Shown piece by piece: positions 52,682 through 61,571 of a stretch of 64,000 bases of DNA; position 1 is the stretch's first letter; the number at the start of each line of letters is the position of its first letter. The position numbers were made by a program, and so were the translations under genes. The notes below the pieces were generated by a model. It did no database searches and was not told where the DNA came from. It saw only the letters and a list, made by a program, of their open reading frames with translations. The DNA is from an uncultured Maribacter sp. (GTDB taxonomy: Bacteria; Bacteroidota; Bacteroidia; Flavobacteriales; Flavobacteriaceae), in assembly GCA_964620945.1 (NCBI GenBank), contig CAZUIE010000003.1, positions 405-64,404 on the forward strand, read 5' to 3'.

Positions 52682-53076
52682 TGAAATTTAGGATTGGTAA
52701 TTTGAGTAAAGATAAAGATTTGAACTCCAATATTTTAAACTATCATTGTGAGAATAAATTGCGCCTTGGCAAGATAAATGCATAGAGGGCCTTTTTTTGA
52801 CCTCCATGCGTTTATGTGCGGTTCGGACGCTGTTGGTAAACCGAAGACGGAAAGATCTCCCGAGCTGGTCAGTGCAGCGTACCCGCTCGGGAAATCTTGA
52901 AGTTGGAGGGCTTTCCTACTGCCGCAGGAACAAGAAAAGATACATCCAAAATCACAAGTAAATTAGTTCTAACCGGCACTTTTATAAACTTTATTGAGAA
53001 TCGGCATGAGATAGCAAAAAAGATTAAACAGGTTAATACGTGCTACTTTGATAATATATAAAACCTCAGCGATTGT

Positions 53077-53373
53077 CTAAGTAATCTTTACTATATGATT
53101 ATGATATTCCTGTTGTACTATACGGTATAGAGCTCCCAACCGATCGTGTAACTCTTCGGTCATTTCAAACTGGAAATCCCTGAAACCAATTTTTAAATGA
53201 CCTCCCTTTTCTATACTACCAAACACCAAATAGGTTGACGGTTCCTTACTCAGACCTCCCCCATCCAAAAGCTCATACGGTTGCGCGGCGAATGCTAATC
53301 TTGCTTTAACGTGAGCATGATGAGAAAATATGACCCTGAACTGGATACTTCGATACTCTTTTCTGTATTCCAT
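53077..53373 (-). CDS. Hypothetical protein
   Basis: 98-aa ATG ORF. Confidence 0.55.
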   Translation of the reverse strand: MEYRKEYRSIQFRVIFSHHAHVKARLAFAAQPYELLDGGGLSKEPSTYLVFGSIEKGGHLKIGFRDFQFEMTEELHDRLGALYRIVQQEYHNHIVKIT

Positions 53374-53779
53374 TTTTCATGTCCAAAGCATTTTTTATAG
53401 GTGGGGTATCAAATATAAGATTTCATCTGCAAAATGACGTTTGATTAATTTATAATCTATCTAGGAACAGGGTTTTAATTTACCGGATTACCCCAAAATT
53501 TACAACATTAACATCAGTTCGAAATTAGTAGTAGCTGAAACCGACAGATAGATTAGTTCATAGTATTTAACATCAATAATAAGTGACACAAAGTGTTTTT
53601 AAAGTAAGTTAAAATACCTAAGATGACCTTGTTGCCTTTATTTTTATATATTTACTAAGCATTTTGTAGGCTTTTTCTTAGAAGTTTGTATCGTTAAACT
53701 GTAATATTTTGTCGATAAAATGCAATATTCGGCTATTATAATAGTTAAGTATAGGCTTAATAACCCTAAAACTATTATT

Positions 53780-53923
53780 ATGAAAGCACAAAAATTAATT
53801 TTTGCAGTAGCCGTGTTGTTTACTATTGGATTATCGACTTCATGTACAAAAGAAGATGTAGTCGATGACCAGACCGAAATCAATGCCATTGACGGAAACG
53901 AAATCAAAGACGAGGATATGTAA
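53780..53923 (+). CDS. 47-aa small acidic lipoprotein
   Basis: MKAQKLIFAVAVLFTIGLSTSC lipoprotein signal plus 25-aa acidic tail; AT-rich leader. Confidence 0.7.
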   Translation: MKAQKLIFAVAVLFTIGLSTSCTKEDVVDDQTEINAIDGNEIKDEDM

Positions 53924-54791
53924 TCCATTTATGGGGGCGCTAGCAATCATTGGGTTGTCAACGCTCCCTTATTTTCACGATTTTATAACCGACTCCGAAG
54001 GTCTTAAAACTTGGGTTCCTATAGTAGGTATCGAAAATATTCTAACGGATTCCAATCAAAAAGTTCTAGGATTTTCCACATATCGAGTTTTTTTGTACAC
54101 CTTTCTCATTTTTGTATTCGCATCCATCGGCTGGGCGGGATGGTATCGAAGTACCAGAAACAAATTCTATTCTAACGGGCTATTTTTGGTATTATTATCA
54201 GGCATCTACCAAATTATATTGATTATCCTCAATCTCAGACGTAGCATATTTAACGAATTACAAAACAAACTGATTCTTTTCGGCTTACTATTTCTACTGC
54301 TCAGTTTTCTATCGTTTAAGAATTATAGATTTACATTAAAACGATTAATAGCATGGCTTACTTTGGCTGTTTTGGTCGTTATGCCATACCTACATGATAT
54401 TCTTACGGATAAGGGAGGGGCTATTTGGCCATGGGTGCCCAATTTGGGTATTGAGTCATTTTTAACCGATTCCAGCGGGATGGTACGAGGACTTCGCAGT
54501 TATAGGTTGCTACTGTACCTTTTTGGTATCTATTTGTTTTCACATGTAGGATGGATTGGCTGGTTTATGGATGCCAAGGGGAGGAAATATCGTGCGTTCC
54601 TGCTAGTGCCGGCCGCCTTGAGTTTATATCAGATTGTATTGATAGTATTGTCTCGACGGGAGACCGAATTCAATAGCCCTAGTATAAATCTTTACATCAC
54701 GGTTGGACTGAGTATTCTTTTGGCCATCAATTTTTATTTCAACAACACCGTTTCTGAAAAACATGACCCATCAGAGCAAAATAAAGTATAA
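53865..54791 (+). CDS. Polytopic membrane protein with internal tandem duplication (start may be 53931)
   Basis: Two copies of PY.HD..TD...WVP..GIE..LTDS...YR..LY...GW.GW...YQI. Confidence 0.8.
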   Translation: MTRPKSMPLTETKSKTRICNPFMGALAIIGLSTLPYFHDFITDSEGLKTWVPIVGIENILTDSNQKVLGFSTYRVFLYTFLIFVFASIGWAGWYRSTRNKFYSNGLFLVLLSGIYQIILIILNLRRSIFNELQNKLILFGLLFLLLSFLSFKNYRFTLKRLIAWLTLAVLVVMPYLHDILTDKGGAIWPWVPNLGIESFLTDSSGMVRGLRSYRLLLYLFGIYLFSHVGWIGWFMDAKGRKYRAFLLVPAALSLYQIVLIVLSRRETEFNSPSINLYITVGLSILLAINFYFNNTVSEKHDPSEQNKV

Positions 54792-54803
54792 AACCATCGG
54801 AAA

Positions 54804-55106
54804 ATGAAAATTGACAAAAGTAGGTTCGGATTTCTCAGAGTAAAAGGTTCCCTATTGGATAAGTCCCTACAGCACGTCAACTCTATAATACAGAACATAA
54901 ATGATTCCAAAGGCTATACCATGGATTGGGAACATATATTGTCCGAATACGATAAATTGGGCGTTGGAGACGTTGCGGAATTTGCGTCGGGTTATGCCTT
55001 CGGATGGCATGCAATGCACGGGAAATTAAGCGATGATGAGAGTAAAGAGGCAATGTATATTGAAATTATCGAAGGTATCGTAAAACGATGGGAGAATGTG
55101 ATTTAA
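54804..55106 (+). CDS. Hypothetical protein
   Basis: 100-aa ORF 12 nt downstream of the membrane protein. Confidence 0.7.
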   Translation: MKIDKSRFGFLRVKGSLLDKSLQHVNSIIQNINDSKGYTMDWEHILSEYDKLGVGDVAEFASGYAFGWHAMHGKLSDDESKEAMYIEIIEGIVKRWENVI

Positions 55107-55675
55107 TGCTAGCGTAGATGGCTATTAAATCCCTATGCAATTCAGCTTAGTTGTGCCTGTTGCAGTCTATCCAGTTAAGAGCCTCCGGTAATAGCATGTA
55201 AGTCTAAATTATATTTACCAGTCTCATCAAAAAGAAGTTCTACGTACAAATCATAGTGATAATATAGGTGATATCTGACTTCTACTTAGGTATAGTTGGC
55301 ACAAATGTATTTCTGTAAATTGATAGCTAAAGCCGTCTTTATGAAGTTGCATAAATGCCTTGGTCAGAACAAATGTTAGCTTGTAGTGTATTTTTAATTT
55401 AATGAGCCATAATAAAATTTAGGAATAAACATACGGATAGACAAGAGGCCGATTTCGCTATTTAAAATTTAACAGGTTGCGTTTTACCAGTGACTTAATG
55501 AAACCTGAATATGAAAAACCCCAGGTAGTTTAATTACAAAAGATGTTTTTAAAGCCAAAATGGGATTGATATTCTCAAAATAAGAATCCAATCCCATACA
55601 GGCCAAACACTAAAAACGAACTCAAAATTTACGTAAGTTCCTTTACTTCCGCCATTATATGTACTCAAGAGCCCT

Positions 55676-56425
55676 CTATAGTAATTCCGATTTATTCAAA
55701 AAGTCTACAACCTTAATGAGGTCTTGCTCATCATCTATCTTAATGTCGTTCTCTTTTAGATACTTCTTAGTTCTAGGGCGCATATCCTCGGGCAATAGGT
55801 CTAATAATTTCTTATTTTTTAGTTCTACTTCGTCTACTCGATTCAGTCCTTCGATTTCTAAATAATATTCTGTGAATTGACTAAATCTAGCAGGTTTGGC
55901 TTTTACAAAAGAATTCGGTGCTTTTTGACCTTGTTTAAAAGTTACATCGATTCTCTTGTATAAAGTAATCGCACCTTTTTGCAGAACATTTAGGTACCCG
56001 TTAGTCGTGTTATCGTTCTTGTCCGTGAACGTACTGAATTTTAACGGAGTCCCATCGGAGACGGTTAAAGAAATGTTCTTATCCTTTGACAGAGACCTTA
56101 TCGGACTATCTGAAAGATTGTTCTCCTTTATCTCAATTTCCTCGTTGTAGGCATTATAACGATAGAAGACACTCCCACTATTTTCATTCTTATAAAAAAT
56201 ACTTCCTTGTTTAAAATTGTTATCGGTATAGGGTGAACCCTGTATTTCCTCAGGTGCCAGATTGGCTTTTGAATCTCTTTCCGATATAGGGCCAAGAAGA
56301 ATTTCAAGCTGACCTAGTGAATTAGCATTACCTGGTCCAGAACCATAGCTCATTACCTGACCACTATACTGGGCATAAATTGTGAGATTACATAAGACTA
56401 GTACACTTAAGATTAAATTTTTCAT
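55676..56425 (-). CDS. Secreted hypothetical protein
   Basis: Signal peptide; IQGSPY...F..G, RYNAY motif common in Flavobacteria. Confidence 0.8.
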   Translation of the reverse strand: MKNLILSVLVLCNLTIYAQYSGQVMSYGSGPGNANSLGQLEILLGPISERDSKANLAPEEIQGSPYTDNNFKQGSIFYKNENSGSVFYRYNAYNEEIEIKENNLSDSPIRSLSKDKNISLTVSDGTPLKFSTFTDKNDNTTNGYLNVLQKGAITLYKRIDVTFKQGQKAPNSFVKAKPARFSQFTEYYLEIEGLNRVDEVELKNKKLLDLLPEDMRPRTKKYLKENDIKIDDEQDLIKVVDFLNKSELL

Positions 56426-56633
56426 AGGCTTTGTTTTAATTAGTAGTAATTACAAAAGCAGGAAGGAATATCAAATATTTCTTCTTACTCCTTGTAAGTT
56501 AGCACATTAAAACGAATTATACTATTGTAAATATGAAAGATTTGATATCAACCTAAAGTTATCGAATTGGGTTTATTCCCAATCACCAATTACAGAGATA
56601 TTTCTTTTGCTAAAGTATAGACTTAAATTCTAG

Positions 56634-57140
56634 TCAAAAACCCTTAAGTGGGGATATGTTTCTATCGAATTGGGAATAAAATTGATGAAATAGACTTGTC
56701 TCTCCTACTTTTATTAAAGCACTTTTAGTTGTTATATCAAAATCTACAAGTTGTTTACCAGTACTCCTGTCTAATACATATAAATTTTCAGCTCCAATCA
56801 TGTCAACTTTATTACCTAACACGCCTATTTCTAATACTTGATTTCCATTATCAAAATAGACGTCCGTAACATCAGTTTTAAAACAATAAAGCTGATCGTC
56901 GGAAAGGGGAATTTTTATAATAAATTCAGAAGTTGCGTTATTATCCGATATTCCTTTTGTATCCACAATAATATCATACCTTTTGTATTCAGGATACTTG
57001 AGCTCTTTCGAAGCTAGTATACCGAAAAAAATAAACAGAATGATAATCCAATTTCCGTAAGTAAGCGCAAAGCCTGTTTTTTTTTCTAGTAACTTTCTTA
57101 CCGCTTCGCTTCTTGCGGCGTGCTTCTGTACTGTTGCCAT
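56634..57140 (-). CDS. Short HlyD-like accessory protein
   Basis: RSEAVRKLL...TM...KYP N-terminus of Bacteroidota HlyD; no long coiled coil. Confidence 0.6.
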   Translation of the reverse strand: MATVQKHAARSEAVRKLLEKKTGFALTYGNWIIILFIFFGILASKELKYPEYKRYDIIVDTKGISDNNATSEFIIKIPLSDDQLYCFKTDVTDVYFDNGNQVLEIGVLGNKVDMIGAENLYVLDRSTGKQLVDFDITTKSALIKVGETSLFHQFYSQFDRNISPLKGF

Positions 57141-59342
57141 TTATTTTCCAAGTTCAAGTTGGTTACTGACCAAATTAAAATATTCCTTTTTATTCGCTAT
57201 TAATTGAGCATGGGTTCCAGACTCAATAATATTACCTTTATCCAAAACAATTATATTATCTGCATTCTTTACCGTACTTAAGCGGTGAGCCACTACCACT
57301 ACAGTTCTATTTTCAAAAACCTCGTTTAATCTATTTACTATTATCTTTTCGTTTTTTGTGTCTAAAGATGAAGTAGCTTCATCGAAAATCAAAAGCTTTG
57401 GGTTCTTGTGAACGGCACGTGCTATTAAAACCCTCTGTTTCTGTCCAGTACTAATTTGTACACCTTCCGAACCAATTATAGTTTCGTAGCCAAGAGGAAG
57501 CTCATTAACAAATTCATGTATATTAGCTACTTTGGCAGAAGCTATAACCGCATTGTGTTCATATTCTTCCGTACCAAACGAAATATTCCTACCTATGGTA
57601 TCATTAAAAATATAACCTTCTTGCATAACCGCACCACAGTAATTTCTCCACGATTTCAAATTCAATAACTTTAAAGGTGAAGTCCCGAATGAAATCGAAC
57701 CTTGTTGGGGCGAGTAAAATCTCATAATCAATTTCAATAGGGTGGTCTTACCACTGCCACTTTCTCCTACTATAGCCGTTACCTTATTCTTCGGTATTTT
57801 GAAATTTACAGCGTTCAGAACGATTTTACTATCAACTCCATATCTAAAAGATACATTCTCGAAAGTTAAATCTTGAACTTCGGAAACTATTGAAGTATCA
57901 AAATCTTGTTGCGTTTCATCCTCTTTATTGTGAATTTCGCCTAATCTCTCCAAAGCGATTTTTGCATCTTGGACATCACGTAAAAAATAAATCATTTGAC
58001 TAACTGGAGCGTTCAACTGTCCTACTATAGACGATACTGCCAACATCATTCCTAAGGTTATCTCTTGCTCTATAACAAGTTTTGCACATAAGATTGTTAT
58101 AAGAATATTTTTAAGTTCATTTATAAACATTGAGCCGGTCGATTGCTTCTGCTCCAGAGTAAGGTTTTTTATTCCGACCTTCCACAGGTTAATCTGTATT
58201 TTTTCCCAACCCCATCTCATCCTATTTTCAGCGTTGTGAAGTTTTATTTCCTGCATTCCGTTAATAATTTCGATTACCTTACTCTGTTCTTTACCAAATT
58301 CTTTAAACCGTAGATAATCCAGTACTTTTCTTTTCTTGAAAAAATAGAGCGTCCAGCCGAAATAGGCCATGGTGCCAATTATAAAAACAAGGAAAATTTG
58401 GATGTTATAGTAAGCTAATATAAAACCAAAAACCAGAAAGCTGAACGCTGAAAATATAGTACTTAGGGTAGATGTGGTCAATATCCTTTCCAATCTTTTA
58501 TGGTCACCAATTCGTTGCATAATATCCCCTGTCATCTTTGTGTCGAAAAAGGAAATAGGAAGGTCCATTAGTTTTCGAAAAAAATCGGAAATTAATGAAA
58601 TGCTAATTTTCGTACTAAGATGAAGTAATATCCAACCTCTGATAATTTCTAGAGCTGTGCGGCCTATAAAGACGAAAACCTGAGCAATCAGAACTAAGTA
58701 GACAAAACCGATATCTTGATTTTTAATTCCTATATCGACTACACTCTGTGTTAAGAATGGAATTAGAAATTGCAAAATAGTACCAGCTGATAGGCCAAGT
58801 ACCAGTTGAAAAATTAGTTTTTTATACAGAATAAAGTATTTGAGTAAAAAACTAAAATCGGCAGAAGAAGCTTTATCATTTTCGTTTTTCTTATTACCAA
58901 ACCCTTCACCGGGATTCAAGAACAAAGCAATCCCTTCTTCTGAATTTTGATGTACACCGCACCAATTTTTTATAAAATCGTATTCGCTAATTTTCAAGTA
59001 ACCAATAGCTGGATCCATGATATAAAAAAAACCTCTCTTGATTTTATACAGGACTACGTAATGATTTTGATTCCAGTGGATTATGCAGGGAAACTGAGCC
59101 TGTGTAAGTTCATCCATAGAAAGCTTAGCAGCATTAGGTTCAAAACCTAATTTTCGTGCTGCGCAAGCAAGATTATAAAGACTGCTCCCTTCCCTATTCG
59201 TGGAAACCTGACTTCGAATAGTTTCTATAGGAAGGTGTTGACCATAATACACAAGTATTGCCTTTAAGCAACTAGGTCCGCAGTCCTTTGACTCTCGTTG
59301 TTTAAAAAACGGAACTTTATTATTTCTAGCTTTAAAGATCAT
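57141..59342 (-). CDS. Peptidase C39-containing ABC transporter (PCAT)
   Basis: QRESKDCGPSCL, HWNQNHYVV, MDPA; GESGSGKT, ISTGQKQR, FDEATS, AHRLST. Confidence 0.95.
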   Translation of the reverse strand: MIFKARNNKVPFFKQRESKDCGPSCLKAILVYYGQHLPIETIRSQVSTNREGSSLYNLACAARKLGFEPNAAKLSMDELTQAQFPCIIHWNQNHYVVLYKIKRGFFYIMDPAIGYLKISEYDFIKNWCGVHQNSEEGIALFLNPGEGFGNKKNENDKASSADFSFLLKYFILYKKLIFQLVLGLSAGTILQFLIPFLTQSVVDIGIKNQDIGFVYLVLIAQVFVFIGRTALEIIRGWILLHLSTKISISLISDFFRKLMDLPISFFDTKMTGDIMQRIGDHKRLERILTTSTLSTIFSAFSFLVFGFILAYYNIQIFLVFIIGTMAYFGWTLYFFKKRKVLDYLRFKEFGKEQSKVIEIINGMQEIKLHNAENRMRWGWEKIQINLWKVGIKNLTLEQKQSTGSMFINELKNILITILCAKLVIEQEITLGMMLAVSSIVGQLNAPVSQMIYFLRDVQDAKIALERLGEIHNKEDETQQDFDTSIVSEVQDLTFENVSFRYGVDSKIVLNAVNFKIPKNKVTAIVGESGSGKTTLLKLIMRFYSPQQGSISFGTSPLKLLNLKSWRNYCGAVMQEGYIFNDTIGRNISFGTEEYEHNAVIASAKVANIHEFVNELPLGYETIIGSEGVQISTGQKQRVLIARAVHKNPKLLIFDEATSSLDTKNEKIIVNRLNEVFENRTVVVVAHRLSTVKNADNIIVLDKGNIIESGTHAQLIANKKEYFNLVSNQLELGK

Positions 59343-59381
59343 ATAAAAACCAAGGCTTTTTAAGCCTTGGCTCAATATGTA

Positions 59382-59597
59382 TTAGAAACAACAATTTGCA
59401 GTAGAATACCACCAATCGCAAGAACTTGAAATTAATCCACATGCTTCTATGGTAAGAGGCTCAACTGGGTCCCCGAATACGGGAAAACAGCAGTTATTCG
59501 TAGGATTACAACATTTCTGATTCGACTGCATACTTCCACCAAAAACATTTTTTTGCTCCTGATTAGAAAGAAGTCTGAAATTTTTAATTTTCTTCAT
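59382..59597 (-). CDS. Double-glycine leader precursor peptide with 8-Cys core
   Basis: MKKIKNFRLLSNQEQKNVFGG leader plus 50-aa core with CC-x5-CC-x15-C-x6-C-x8-CC. Confidence 0.85.
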   Translation of the reverse strand: MKKIKNFRLLSNQEQKNVFGGSMQSNQKCCNPTNNCCFPVFGDPVEPLTIEACGLISSSCDWWYSTANCCF

Positions 59598-59719
59598 AAT
59601 AAAGTATTTATAAATTATATTTGCCTCGAACATTTCGGGACACTCAAGGTTTATGTCCATCTTTCGCGAAAAGATTCTGTTCACGCCGATTGCTTTGAGC
59701 CATACGCAATCGGCATTTA

Positions 59720-61336
59720 TTATATTGCCATTTTAAGTTTTCCATCGTTGTAATCAACCAAGTCACTCAATACCAATAGTAAGTCTTCTACATCATATTG
59801 TTTAGGAAATGGCACTCCATTGATGAGGGTTAAGGGTGTAAAATATATGCGATTAACATTACACCACTCTTTTTGTTTTATCAATAGTTCGTCAATTGTG
59901 TCAAGTTCTTGGATATTCTTTCTATCAAAGGTAGTCAGCCATTTAGTTAAACTTTTACTATCCGCTGTTAGTATATCTAAAACACTATCTATATCTTCCA
60001 TTGAAGGTGTTCTGTAAATTGAAATTAATTGTTCGGCAACCCTGTAGCCTACACTATCAGGTTTTGTAATGTCTACCGAAAAACGTATCGTTAACCCAAT
60101 ACTATCGGGGTAACTATCAATCGCTTTTCTAAGCACTTTATAGGCTTCCTTACAAAAAATGCAGGTGGGGTTGGTAATCATTATGATTTGTGTTTCAGCA
60201 TTCACGTTTCCGAGTTGAATTTCACTTAAATCCTCCAACATATAATCTGGGGAAATTGGAGAACCACTATCCATTGCAAGTTTAAAAAGTTCAAAATTGG
60301 ATTTAAACTTTGAAAATCGTACTCTCTCCGCTTGTAAACTTTTATTTTTGGTTATATAATTTTTTACTAACAACCATAAAGCCATAATCTGGACCATTAA
60401 GAATATCATAAATAGAATGGCATATACTCCAGGGAGGTCACTTAAACTCCATAGCTCAATGTTTAGTGAAAAGACACCTAATTGCAACCACAAAACACCG
60501 ACAAGTACCAAACATAAGGTACACCAACTGTCAATTACGAATTTCTGGTAGTAAATAGATAATATAGTAATGGGAACCGATAATATTGATAGGTATAGTA
60601 ATACTGAAATATCGATTTTTAATGCTACGGATAACATCCAAAATACGGTAACAGAGGTAAAATAGACCAAGGCAAGGTCTCCTAATTCTAAACCATATGG
60701 GAGTTTTATTTCTTTAGATTCTAGTACCTTGTCACAATCTGTTTTAGGTGAAAAATTACAAACTTTATCAAGCAATGGAAACTCACCACCAAATTTTTTG
60801 TTTAGAATTAAACCGCTAACGAAGAGACCAAATAATCCTAAAATAAAATGAAGGCGAAATATTATGTAATCTAAATTCCAAAAAGTCAGCATAATTAAGA
60901 AGATGGCTCCCAAAACTCCTATGATAATAGGAAAATTTATCTTCCTAACTTTAATGATATTATTATCCGTCGCTTCAACAATCAGAATTTTACCATCCCA
61001 GATTTTCAAAAAATCGGCTCTTGTTAATATTGCCTGCGTTAAATCTTCATAAACCAATTTAATTTTATTCTTATGTTTTGTTACCATCACGAATGCGGCT
61101 GACTTGTTTGTTTTGGATAAAAAATGTCTGGGTAAATCATTTAAGTTTTCTTCTGTCTCATCCATCTGAATAGGGTAGTTTGCTATTTTAAAGTGATTGA
61201 GCGCCCCAACAATGGAATGCAAACTAGGGTAATACGGATGGCTCAAAAGTTGAAATCGAAGTTCTTCAAAATCAATTTTAAATTTTTCTGTGATAAGGAA
61301 TTTTTTCAAAAATGCAAAGAGCTGTTCATTTTTCAT
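59720..61336 (-). CDS. Inactive C39-like / VKOR / thioredoxin-fold fusion (disulfide formation)
   Basis: SHPYYPSL N-terminus; VC....TDCDKVL and WCTLC VKOR motifs; NPTCIFC thioredoxin CxxC; FTP. Confidence 0.88.
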   Translation of the reverse strand: MKNEQLFAFLKKFLITEKFKIDFEELRFQLLSHPYYPSLHSIVGALNHFKIANYPIQMDETEENLNDLPRHFLSKTNKSAAFVMVTKHKNKIKLVYEDLTQAILTRADFLKIWDGKILIVEATDNNIIKVRKINFPIIIGVLGAIFLIMLTFWNLDYIIFRLHFILGLFGLFVSGLILNKKFGGEFPLLDKVCNFSPKTDCDKVLESKEIKLPYGLELGDLALVYFTSVTVFWMLSVALKIDISVLLYLSILSVPITILSIYYQKFVIDSWCTLCLVLVGVLWLQLGVFSLNIELWSLSDLPGVYAILFMIFLMVQIMALWLLVKNYITKNKSLQAERVRFSKFKSNFELFKLAMDSGSPISPDYMLEDLSEIQLGNVNAETQIIMITNPTCIFCKEAYKVLRKAIDSYPDSIGLTIRFSVDITKPDSVGYRVAEQLISIYRTPSMEDIDSVLDILTADSKSLTKWLTTFDRKNIQELDTIDELLIKQKEWCNVNRIYFTPLTLINGVPFPKQYDVEDLLLVLSDLVDYNDGKLKMAI

Positions 61337-61571
61337 ATCATATTTCCTATAAATGTTAAACATTGTAATAGCTATTAAATGTAGTAAAAAAATTAAATTA
61401 TTGTAGGTTTTTACTTATTTTTAACGTAAGGTTCATATTATATTTAATTTTTTTATTCTTGTTAATGTTATAAGATTGAGATTTTTTATAAAAAATAATT
61501 CTTATATTATTTTCTTAATTTATTTTAACTAATGTCAGGATTAAAATGAACAAGACATATATCCTTTAAAG

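Larger units (their letters stand above)
1..55106. mobile_element. Integrative conjugative element (Bacteroidota CTn/ICE type); boundaries approximate, left end outside window
   Basis: Integrase, excisionase-like gene, relaxase/MobC/oriT, coupling protein, VirB4-like TraG and TraJ-K-M-N-O-Q are all present. Right att not identified; end placed after the last apparent cargo gene. Confidence 0.85.

Noticed and set aside
55107..55675. Right attachment site of the ICE
   Set aside because: No tRNA or direct repeat could be matched, since the left end is outside the window; only a terminator-like hairpin at ~55560-55597 is visible
59598..59684. Longer 100-aa version of the precursor peptide
   Set aside because: The typical GG leader starts at ATG 59597; upstream sequence is an AT-rich leader and hairpin
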